Virus record (IMG/VR): IMGVR_UViG_3300033068_001265 | Coordinates: 28,517 to 92,516 of that record | Direction: 5' to 3' (one strand) | DNA length: 64,000 nt | Source of the DNA: a virus | Taxonomy: Duplodnaviria; Caudoviricetes | In this document: piece after piece, positions 46,651-55,088 of the stretch | How the letters are laid out: the number at the start of each line of letters is the position of its first letter | How positions within the stretch are numbered: the stretch's first letter is position 1 | Position numbers and translations under genes: made by a program | The notes under the pieces: generated by a model | The model's input: the letters and a program-made list of their open reading frames with translations, nothing else | What the model was told of the DNA's origin: nothing | Database searches by the model: none

Positions 46651-46934
46651 CTTTCAAAGCCCCAACCAATCGCTTCGGCAATATCAGCTAGTAATAAGTT
46701 CGGAACGGTTACACTAACTTGACCGGGTGAATTAATATTCTTCCGGCACTGAATCGTTGTCGTCCCATCCATATGTGGGTCAGTATGACTCAAGAGAGTC
46801 ACCAACCTTTCACGCGCCCCGGTGTCGGGGGTTGACCAAACCTCTCCAGCTTGGAGAGCCAAAGATTGCCGCCTCCTTAGCGCTTTTACCTTCGGGTAAG
46901 TGGGGTATTTCTCGGGAGGGTTTTCCTCACTCAT
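46647..46934 (-). CDS. hypothetical protein
   Basis: overlap-coupled ORF. Confidence 0.55.
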   Translation of the reverse strand: MSEENPPEKYPTYPKVKALRRRQSLALQAGEVWSTPDTGARERLVTLLSHTDPHMDGTTTIQCRKNINSPGQVSVTVPNLLLADIAEAIGWGFER

Positions 46935-47268
46935 CCCAATCCTCTAAAGCCCTAGAGATCTCATCCTTGGTCATCTCAACCTCGGTATTGATGGTTAGCT
47001 TTTCGAAATCTTGCTTAATCTTATGATCCTCGGGATTTAGCACCCGGTCAGACCAAGCCACGTCACCAATCCGACAGCTGATGTAAAGTGAAAATTCTGC
47101 TACACCGCTCCTGATAGCATCCCTCTCAGAGATTTGCCCCGACTCAATCTGGTCAATAACATCCTCGTTAAGGGGTGTGCCCCCTACACCGGCTGCCTCT
47201 GTGTAAAGTCCGATCTTCTCCAGTCGCTTTGTTGTGTCTAGTAATAGTGTTTCAAATACTTCGCTCAT
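46927..47268 (-). CDS. hypothetical protein (probably leaderless)
   Basis: ATG lies 7 nt after a TATACT -10 box. Confidence 0.65.
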   Translation of the reverse strand: MSEVFETLLLDTTKRLEKIGLYTEAAGVGGTPLNEDVIDQIESGQISERDAIRSGVAEFSLYISCRIGDVAWSDRVLNPEDHKIKQDFEKLTINTEVEMTKDEISRALEDWDE

Positions 47269-47275
47269 GAGGGGA

Positions 47276-47304
47276 AGTATAGCTCAATCAGTCGGCTCGG
47301 TCAA
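47276..47304 (-). promoter_or_regulatory. sigma70/SigA-type promoter
   Basis: TTGACC-17-TATACT. Confidence 0.75.
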
Positions 47305-47309
47305 GGATC

Positions 47310-48062
47310 TCAAGCCCTTGAGAGCAAGGTGAAGTAGCGGTAGGGCATGGGGACGGGGCGTACGCTGCCATCAGCCCCCCGATTCGGGGTCGGTACCAGT
47401 CCAGAAATAACCAACCAATCAGGCTCCCCCGGAGCTAAGGGTCGGTATGAAATTCCATTTGTCCCAAACCAAGTATCAGGATTCACTAAATTAGGTGCGT
47501 CTGGCACATGAATGATCTGCATCGGATCCTCCAAAGGACGAGATGTTGGGGGCTTCAAAGGTGATGGCGTACCGGGAGGTACCGGGATGGGTCTATTCTG
47601 AACATGGGAGGCGGCTAACATTGCTACAAGTTGACGTACATGTGCTGGTGTTGATGTAACTTCAAAGTGCATGGGGTCTGGGTTGGACCAGCCCCCACCC
47701 CAAGACCAACCCCATTGACCAAACAAGTAAACAAGCCAATCTGGTGGCTTAAGTCGACGTTGGCCTTGGGGATATCTACTGGCATCAATGTCCACTGCCA
47801 GCCCCCAGCTGTGGTTACTGGGTGAGCGGGTCCCGGCGATAGGGCGGTTTGCATAACCCCAATCATCATCCGGATCTTTTGGTCCATAATCGAACAAGTA
47901 CCCTCGGCGCTCTGCTTCTGCAACGATATAAGCCAAGAGTGGAGCAACCTCATGGTGAACCTGCCATTTGGCCCCACTCAATGGGGCCTTAACCCAGATC
48001 ATATCATCTAGTCTATTTGTAGGCCATCCAGCCCCCCAGCCCCTTGACTGAGCACTAGCCAT
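47310..48062 (-). CDS. endolysin, M15-family peptidase
   Basis: SNHSWGLAVDID...DPMHFE. Confidence 0.9.
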   Translation of the reverse strand: MASAQSRGWGAGWPTNRLDDMIWVKAPLSGAKWQVHHEVAPLLAYIVAEAERRGYLFDYGPKDPDDDWGYANRPIAGTRSPSNHSWGLAVDIDASRYPQGQRRLKPPDWLVYLFGQWGWSWGGGWSNPDPMHFEVTSTPAHVRQLVAMLAASHVQNRPIPVPPGTPSPLKPPTSRPLEDPMQIIHVPDAPNLVNPDTWFGTNGISYRPLAPGEPDWLVISGLVPTPNRGADGSVRPVPMPYRYFTLLSRA

Positions 48063-48070
48063 TATGACTC

Positions 48071-48880
48071 CTAGGCTTTGCCATCCCGAATCTTATTCAA
48101 TGAAACAATCAGCCACCACTTAGTGGTGTTACCAATAGCCCCCGGAAAATCTGTTATTCCGGCACCCAAAGCATTCATCCACTTTTGGAACTTCGCTACA
48201 GCATCGGCGGTAGCCTGACCATAGTGACCATCCTCTTTGAGCTTCGTTCCTGAAACCAAATTAAGTGTTCTCTGGACTACCACCACATGCAACGACTTGG
48301 TGTTTAGTCCCATCGGCACCGGAACATCACCCATGCTACCACTCAGCTGAGCACCCAGCATCCGACGTAACCCTGCCCAATCCACGGGTTGATTAGGTTG
48401 ACGAACAGCACTGGACCCTGAACTATTGATGGATACGTAACCCAAAATCTTTGAGCGGCGGTACTGTTCAGCTACACCACCACCAGTGCGTGAACCTCTA
48501 ATATTAGTATTTCCCTCAAGGGTATGAATTCTTCCATCTGGAAGAACCCCCTGCACAATACCAACGTGATCAGCCCTACGACCACCAAACGAAAACAAAA
48601 CTAGATCACCACGTTTAGGGTTACTGGTTTTCCAAATCCCATGACGCTTGGCGTAATCCACTACGGCTGGACAATAAGAAAAGCCCTTGGTGGTAGAAAT
48701 CTTTAGAGGCGAACCAGCATGATAGAATACCCAAGAGACGAAGATCGCGCACCAAGGCGCACCATTTAAACCATAGAATTGACCATACTTGGTTCTGTTA
48801 GATCCACGCGGTGATTCGCTGTAGCCAAGCTGTGACCTACCTACAGCGATCACCTGTTCCACGTTAGCTGTTAAAGCCAT
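48071..48880 (-). CDS. endolysin, CHAP domain plus peptidoglycan-binding domain
   Basis: WCAIFVSW...HVGIV...EGN; DGHYGQATADAVAKFQ. Confidence 0.92.
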   Translation of the reverse strand: MALTANVEQVIAVGRSQLGYSESPRGSNRTKYGQFYGLNGAPWCAIFVSWVFYHAGSPLKISTTKGFSYCPAVVDYAKRHGIWKTSNPKRGDLVLFSFGGRRADHVGIVQGVLPDGRIHTLEGNTNIRGSRTGGGVAEQYRRSKILGYVSINSSGSSAVRQPNQPVDWAGLRRMLGAQLSGSMGDVPVPMGLNTKSLHVVVVQRTLNLVSGTKLKEDGHYGQATADAVAKFQKWMNALGAGITDFPGAIGNTTKWWLIVSLNKIRDGKA

Positions 48881-49023
48881 CAGGCCACCTCTTCTGGTTC
48901 ACCGCCATCGTCGTTCCACTCTGGGGGTGCTGGAGGCTGATCATCGCCATCCTCGGGTGAAAGTGATTTGTCTGTGTCCACCCAGATGATTGGTTTATCT
49001 GGTGCGGCCTCGCCGTCACCCCT
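48880..49023 (-). other. 47-codon acidic open frame in phase with the holin, after its UGA
   Basis: RGDGEAAPDKPIIWVDTDKSLSPEDGDDQPPAPPEWNDDGGEPEEVA*, ending in a TGATG overlap with the lysin ATG. Confidence 0.6.
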
Positions 49024-49344
49024 TCAATCGTTGGGCTTACCAACCCCGAAGTTAGGGAGAAGCTTGTCATTGGCCTCTACGGGCTTGTACAAGCCAAGGT
49101 AAGCGGCGATCGTCGCAACAATACTAATAGCCCAATAAGTCAGTGTCTCCGTTGAGAGCACCGCTGAGCCGGTATCAGTCACATTTGCATTGATGAGGGT
49201 CACAACACCCGTGGTAACGATCATTACCACATTCTTGATAGCAGTGGAAGCGTTTGCCTTAACCACAACACCAACCACAATGGGAATAAACAGTGATGTG
49301 ATTAAAGTAACCAAAAGCGGGTTAAGCTCCATAATTTGCTCCAT
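49024..49344 (-). CDS. holin (three predicted TM segments)
   Basis: three hydrophobic segments and AAYLGLYKP; directly upstream of the lysins. Confidence 0.85.
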   Translation of the reverse strand: MEQIMELNPLLVTLITSLFIPIVVGVVVKANASTAIKNVVMIVTTGVVTLINANVTDTGSAVLSTETLTYWAISIVATIAAYLGLYKPVEANDKLLPNFGVGKPND

Positions 49345-49633
49345 TTCGATAAAATTCTGATTTCACGTATGTGGCCCTAAGGGCCTTGTACTTACCATCC
49401 CATGGTATTTCATCCGGATCGTACATGATCTGGAATTTCCGACCAGATTTAGATATCATACCCATATCGATGAACTCAGAAAACACTTCAGACATCGCTT
49501 GATAGGACATGCCTACAATATTAGACATCTCTCTTTGAGTAACGGTCAAAAATCCGTTCCGGTCGGCATAATCATAGATTGTTCGATATATCGACTCTCT
49601 GTCTATGAGAGGTCGATATCCACCACGAGGCAT
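49322..49633 (-). CDS. winged-HTH DNA-binding protein
   Basis: VTQREMSNIVGMSYQAMSEVFSEFIDMGMI. Confidence 0.75.
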   Translation of the reverse strand: MPRGGYRPLIDRESIYRTIYDYADRNGFLTVTQREMSNIVGMSYQAMSEVFSEFIDMGMISKSGRKFQIMYDPDEIPWDGKYKALRATYVKSEFYRNGANYGA

Positions 49634-52600
49634 CTATCCTCCTATCTTCAACTCACACACATCTGTTGTGCAGAAGATCTCTCCTTCTGCTTCATTTGCT
49701 ACAGAGTACAATCTCTCCAAATCTAAGGGCTTGATTTTACTCATCAATTCAAGCCCCTCTTTCTCCCCCAACGGCTCATATGGAGCCTGCTTGTAAGTGG
49801 TACCCTCATCACTGATAGGTAGGAAAGAGATGGACTTTAATTGCCCAGCCAAAGATCGTAGCAGTGGTGCAATCTGGTCTTTCTCGCCTTCCTTGAAGGA
49901 AACTGTAACTGACACCATGTTGTCAGCCCAATACCTCTGGGTGAAGGCCGCTAACTGGGCCTTCTCCCAAATAGACACCTCCCGCTCTGAACGCATCTTA
50001 ATTCCCTCTGTCGGGAAGGAAACGACTACAGTAGCACTAGGGTCCATCACATCTGGCTCGCTATGATAGCCAGCCTTTTCCAGAACTTCAAGAAGTGGAT
50101 CAGTTTTGTGGAATCGGATCCGCCTAAGGTAATAGCCAGAGGTTGTTGGCCAGTGAACTCCGGGTGTAGTTCCGGAAATGAGACCCGTCGACCCTGAAGG
50201 TTTTAATGTTGTGAAACGAATTGAGTTTCGTATTCCCAGCCACTTGGAATACTTCTCATCCACAACCGCGAGGTATTTATAACCGTCATCCATCCAGTTA
50301 CGAAGTTCAGCCCAACCCCGAGTCTCGACAAACTCAGCCAACCCCGTCATGGATACACCGATCCGACGGTTTCTGGTGATCACTTCATTGGTCTCGGCCC
50401 AAGGTGAAGGCATTAACACAACAGCCTTAGCATACATGTAGGCGTGCTTTAATGTCTTCTTGAACTCCTCTAAGGAGCCATGTTTTGTAGGGTATGCCTC
50501 AACTAGGCAGCACATCTCATGAGATTCCAACGCTATTTCGGCGCATTGGAAGGTTAGTACACCACTACAAGCCTTACCATCAACTAAAGTTGCGATAGCA
50601 ACAGTATTGTTATCGTCTACTGTAAGATTGTATACATTATGCTCACCCTCAACCTCACACACATCCACAACCCGATGGTTCACCAAGGTTGCGCGATCCT
50701 TCAAATCAGCGAAGTTCTTGGGAATATTAGGGTTCTTGGTTTGTGGTTGGAATCTAAAGGAAACCCCCCGCTCCCGACACTCCCCCTCCCACTCTTTCTT
50801 CATGGGATCACGCCCAAGTTCCACCTGAAGTGACAGATAAATCTCAATTTGCCGAGCAAGGGTGTCAGCTGATCGCTTCTTGTTGGCCTCTCTGAGGCCG
50901 ACAACCTGTGCTGCCGTCACCTCCGCATCAGCGTTACTGCAACTTCCCGAACAAAAGACCCCTGCCCGCTTAGCCCACTTCAAGATCATTTCAGTGCCAC
51001 ACGTCTTGCATTTCTTGACTGCATACAGGCGGTCATCAATCCAAATCGTATCCAGATTCGTGTTGGCTTCTTGGTCAAGGTAGTATTCAAGCCAACTAGC
51101 GTGGCGTGCATCTGATATCTTCCGACGGGTTTCGTCTGTAACACCTTCTCTAATTCTCTGGGTGACCCACTCTTTATACCCTGGATCAGAATGACGCTCC
51201 CTGGTCTTCCTCCCAATCAGTTCTTTCGTTTCCTTAGATTGAGTTCGCCCAAACATGGGGTTCTTCTCTCCACTATTATCAGTGGACCTATGTAAAATGG
51301 CGTGATCACCATGTGTCATTATCTCTAGATTTTCTGGGGCATTATTAAGTGGGTCGTAATCCTTATGGTGGACTACGATTCCACCTTTAATCCACCCCGA
51401 AGCCTTGGCTTCATCGTAAAGATTATCCCATATTTCAGGTTCATTAAATCTAGCAACTAAACGATGCTCAAATGTCTTGGTGTTACTCTTGTGAATATCA
51501 GTGTGGACTTGGACATAATCTTTGCCCCCCTCTTTAATCTTAGCCAGTCGCTTATTAAAGGCAGGTAGGCGATCCCCCTTGGTAAGATCCTTGGCCTCTT
51601 TAACCTCTCCACCTAAAGTGATCATTTTATGATCAGGGGTCACCCTCAAGGAGGTACCATCATTGAGGGTGATTTCAACCAAAGAAGCGCCCTCTCTCGT
51701 CTTGCGAGGGTGACGAGCCATCTTGATTTCTACCTCACCAGATTCAATGTTTAAGGAGTAAACAGCAACATCATCCCCCGACTCCGCAAGTTCAGCGATT
51801 GGCACCGCCACACGTCCATCAGCAACAGCAATGAGTGTATCCCCCGAGAAACAAGGGTTGCACAGTATAGCTGAACCATCCTTATAGTCAGGCGGATCAA
51901 CTAGGCGACCATACTTCTGCATCACGTCAGTCCAGATAACACCCGGCTCACCATTCAACGCAATTCGGTCAATAATTGGATCTAGGGTATCATTCTCACT
52001 TACATCAACAGAGTTATTTGATGTGAAAGACCACCCATCAGGACCTGTACGTTCGGCGTTCTCCGGAAGTTCCCAGTTTTTAATGTCTACAAAATCCTCG
52101 TCTTCCATGCTGCCAAGACTAAGCAACGCTGAACGACGGGCACCACCACTCTGAATGATCTTTCCCAGCTTGTTCATAATATCAACAATGTCACGGGAAG
52201 TGATCTTTTCACCATTACGACCAGCAAATTGCTTCCTGATCGACTCATGATACCAAACCAGGGGGTCTTTCCCACTCGCAGTTCCGCCAAAAGTTTTTAA
52301 TGGAGCACCAGCAGGACGAATCTCGCTGTAATCAAATTCTACAGCTTGGCGATTCTTGAAAAAGTAAGACTCAAGCTGAATACCAACAGATTCAGCCCAA
52401 CCTTCTCTTGTGTCAGGAATGACAAACTTTACAGGCTGATCTTCACTGGGTTCCCAGATAGTTAATTTACCTGCACCCTTGGTGTCGTAGCCCACGCCGA
52501 CGCCCAACATGCACATTTCAGTTAACCTAACAAAGGGTAGGGTTGCTTCATAAGCTGAATGGGTGCTTAGTTTCTCGGTACTAACACAGGCGCAATTGAT

Positions 52601-52990
52601 AAGACTGGCATTAGACCTGTTGTTATGCACATGACTCGTACCCATGGCCCACATTCCCCGGCCAGGTGGTGTCCACTTGAAATGGAACATACGATCAAAG
52701 GCATCCTGTGCAGCCCTTTGAGCCTTAAACTCATTCCATGGTGTTCGCTGGTACTTCGCATGATCCTTAAGGATCGAATACATCCCCTCAATACAGCGAC
52801 GGCACACCTCATACCAGCGTTCCTTGGAGCCATCTTCTTTCTTTCGACTGTATTTTGTCAAGAAAGTTAACTCACTTAGAGAATTCCCTCCACCAATGGG
52901 AAATCCCCAATCGGGTGTTAGTTCGGTGTACTTTTCAACAAAATCATCAGACAAATGGAAAGAAAGAAAATCAGACACAGACACCTCCAA
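49634..52990 (-). CDS. nrdJ: class II (B12-dependent) ribonucleotide reductase with intein
   Basis: PPGRG, RRSA, SNNS, GEPG, NP|C AE, RRIGVS, TTLKPSG, QAPYE, C-terminal CTTDVC. Confidence 0.95.
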   Translation of the reverse strand: MEVSVSDFLSFHLSDDFVEKYTELTPDWGFPIGGGNSLSELTFLTKYSRKKEDGSKERWYEVCRRCIEGMYSILKDHAKYQRTPWNEFKAQRAAQDAFDRMFHFKWTPPGRGMWAMGTSHVHNNRSNASLINCACVSTEKLSTHSAYEATLPFVRLTEMCMLGVGVGYDTKGAGKLTIWEPSEDQPVKFVIPDTREGWAESVGIQLESYFFKNRQAVEFDYSEIRPAGAPLKTFGGTASGKDPLVWYHESIRKQFAGRNGEKITSRDIVDIMNKLGKIIQSGGARRSALLSLGSMEDEDFVDIKNWELPENAERTGPDGWSFTSNNSVDVSENDTLDPIIDRIALNGEPGVIWTDVMQKYGRLVDPPDYKDGSAILCNPCFSGDTLIAVADGRVAVPIAELAESGDDVAVYSLNIESGEVEIKMARHPRKTREGASLVEITLNDGTSLRVTPDHKMITLGGEVKEAKDLTKGDRLPAFNKRLAKIKEGGKDYVQVHTDIHKSNTKTFEHRLVARFNEPEIWDNLYDEAKASGWIKGGIVVHHKDYDPLNNAPENLEIMTHGDHAILHRSTDNSGEKNPMFGRTQSKETKELIGRKTRERHSDPGYKEWVTQRIREGVTDETRRKISDARHASWLEYYLDQEANTNLDTIWIDDRLYAVKKCKTCGTEMILKWAKRAGVFCSGSCSNADAEVTAAQVVGLREANKKRSADTLARQIEIYLSLQVELGRDPMKKEWEGECRERGVSFRFQPQTKNPNIPKNFADLKDRATLVNHRVVDVCEVEGEHNVYNLTVDDNNTVAIATLVDGKACSGVLTFQCAEIALESHEMCCLVEAYPTKHGSLEEFKKTLKHAYMYAKAVVLMPSPWAETNEVITRNRRIGVSMTGLAEFVETRGWAELRNWMDDGYKYLAVVDEKYSKWLGIRNSIRFTTLKPSGSTGLISGTTPGVHWPTTSGYYLRRIRFHKTDPLLEVLEKAGYHSEPDVMDPSATVVVSFPTEGIKMRSEREVSIWEKAQLAAFTQRYWADNMVSVTVSFKEGEKDQIAPLLRSLAGQLKSISFLPISDEGTTYKQAPYEPLGEKEGLELMSKIKPLDLERLYSVANEAEGEIFCTTDVCELKIGG
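50546..51853 (-). mobile_element. intein (436 aa) with HNH/NUMOD3 endonuclease and C-terminal Gln
   Basis: NP|CFSGDTLI...VTPDHKM...HHKDYDPLNN..ENL...VYNLTVDDN...VLTFQ|CAE. Confidence 0.92.
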
Positions 52991-53087
52991 GAGACAGTAC
53001 CCACCACAACGACAAAAGAGAGGTTTTATAAATTTCCTAGCTCTCTCCAGAGATTCCCACTGTACAGGACGTTTCGACCCACAGAAC

Positions 53088-53837
53088 CTATGAAATCTGA
53101 GCGCACCGTTTCGCCATCCGATCCAAGGCTCTCATGTGCATCTGGCTCACCCTTGACTCCGTGACACCCAGTGAGGCAGCTATCTCCTTCATGGAAATTC
53201 CATACACATAATGTAAGACAAATATTTTAGATTCCGAATCAGATAACTCACCAAGAGCACCAACCATCCGGTCTTTGATCGGGTCATAATCCTCATTGTC
53301 AATTTCTTGATTTGCATCAGCAATAAGGTCTGAGACCTTCACTGTCTCACCCTCAGAAGCAACAACTTCATCAAGATGACCTAACAGTACCCGATTTCCC
53401 CGGCCTCTGATTTCTGAAAGTTCTTCCAGATCTAAGTTTAACCTATCAGCAATCTCTGACTCTGTTGGTTCTCTTTGAAGTTCCCTTGTCAAAGCATCCT
53501 CAGCCGCATCAATTTCCTTAAGGGATGTTCTCAAAGACCTTGGTGCCCAATCAGATACACGTAGTTTATCGATGATCTGCCCACGTATCCTCAAACTAGC
53601 GTAAGTTTTGAACTTGAACCCTCTATCCTCGTATCTTTCGATTGCTGAGATCAAACCAAACTGACCTTCAGATATTAGATCATCAATATCAACATGGTTT
53701 GGAAGATTGAACCGCACTGCCTCAGCCACGGTACGCACATACGGTTGGTAGTGTTCAATTAGAGCATTGAGATTCTTTTGGGACTTGTTGCTCCGGTACG
53801 CCTCCCAGAGTTGATCCTCTGTCTGCTGTCGCCTCAT
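53088..53837 (-). CDS. RNA polymerase sigma factor, FliA/WhiG (sigma-28) family
   Basis: DDLISEGQFGL, FKTYASLRIRGQIIDKLR.DWAPRSLR, REPTESEIA, GVTESRVSQMH; start MRRQQ at 53837 after AGAGG. Confidence 0.93.
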   Translation of the reverse strand: MRRQQTEDQLWEAYRSNKSQKNLNALIEHYQPYVRTVAEAVRFNLPNHVDIDDLISEGQFGLISAIERYEDRGFKFKTYASLRIRGQIIDKLRVSDWAPRSLRTSLKEIDAAEDALTRELQREPTESEIADRLNLDLEELSEIRGRGNRVLLGHLDEVVASEGETVKVSDLIADANQEIDNEDYDPIKDRMVGALGELSDSESKIFVLHYVYGISMKEIAASLGVTESRVSQMHMRALDRMAKRCAQIS

Positions 53838-54252
53838 AGCTGCCTCTACTTGTTTTTGGGATCGCCAAATGATTTTACCCATTAGGCTGAGTAAGCCTAC
53901 CGTGGGCAACTCTCGTTATGCCGTACCCCCGAGAGTGGAAGGTTGTGATTTACCGGACAACGCGTTCAATGGTCCCAACAGGTATCTCTCGATCCCTGCC
54001 ACCCTCAGTCTTTTTCGGAGACCTAACCGGGCTGTCGTCACATTATATCCTTGACCTTAACTCTTCTAAGAGGTCGTAATATAAGGAGGTTACGCACGTC
54101 TGCAACTTCCTGCCCCGTGATTTCCGATTTGAAGAATTTCAGGTTCCTCACGGTACACAGCAGGAGTAACCAACGGTAGGATCAATCTAGTCGAATAGAT
54201 TGGATCTCAGCAATCTTTAGCGGGTGAACCCACAACCATTGACTCACGCTTT

Positions 54253-54648
54253 TTGATGTCATCGAGTTTTACTCGGTTAGGGTGTGTCAGTAATCCTCCT
54301 GGGATTGATCTGGAACCCATGGACTGGAACGAGGGCTTCGACACCTCCGTCCAGAACCATGGGTTCTTCCGGTTTGTGAACATGCTACGCTCCCGTTCAG
54401 TAGAGAAAACCTATGAAACGGGGATTTCATGGGAAATGAGACGAGGTGATGAGGTGCAAGGGTTTGGGTTGGTTCGGGTCGCCCCATTCTGCACTAGAAA
54501 ACACCACCTAATAATAACCAGGAGCACCTGTCACTGTTTCAATTGCGGATACAACTTTAATTCCTTTACTGCGTTCACTTCGATGATCCACCTCGAATTA
54601 AGAAAGCATTTTGAAGACCCGAAATGGAAGTGGTGGGCTGATGAGTGA
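54253..54648 (+). CDS. hypothetical protein, possible Zn finger
   Basis: CFNC...H...H; start uncertain. Confidence 0.45.
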   Translation: MMSSSFTRLGCVSNPPGIDLEPMDWNEGFDTSVQNHGFFRFVNMLRSRSVEKTYETGISWEMRRGDEVQGFGLVRVAPFCTRKHHLIITRSTCHCFNCGYNFNSFTAFTSMIHLELRKHFEDPKWKWWADE

Positions 54649-54880
54649 TCTTTCATCTCTAACCTCTAAGGAACTACGTAGATGGTACAGGTTTCATGTA
54701 GAGTTCCCTGATTCCTGCGCTCAGATGATATTTATCCTGTCTCTTGTTTTCTGCGGTACTGCCATTAGTTTTGCTTTCTTGGTTCCCCACATAGCCATTA
54801 TTTTATTTGGTTGTCAGATCCTTTTTTGGTGTCTAGGGGAAATCCTCCAGTGGAGAGCAGATAGAAATTCTCAGTTGTGA
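54641..54880 (+). CDS. small membrane protein (two TM segments)
   Basis: hydrophobic hairpin; overlap-coupled start. Confidence 0.5.
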   Translation: MSDLSSLTSKELRRWYRFHVEFPDSCAQMIFILSLVFCGTAISFAFLVPHIAIILFGCQILFWCLGEILQWRADRNSQL

Positions 54881-55088
54881 GTTGATGAATTTTGGAGGAG
54901 AGTGTTTTCCTTCTCGTAGCAACCACCAAGAATGATCTCTTGGCTGGTGCTCTTATAGGTTTTTCTCTCCGTTGAGGTCCTATACTTGATGGCGACGGAC
55001 CCCTCAGGATAAGAAACGACACTACTGAGCCCCAGGCTTATCTTCTCCTAACTCTTAGCGAGGAGGTCCGTCAAATTCGCTTGGAGAT

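Noticed and set aside
48995-49026. Selenocysteine insertion (SECIS) at the holin UGA
   Set aside because: The hairpin is short and close to the stop, there is no redox motif and no sel genes are visible.
48864-49070. ORF-track 68-aa ORF as the gene between holin and lysin
   Set aside because: It has atypical composition and overlaps both neighbours; the holin-phase frame fits the TGATG coupling better.
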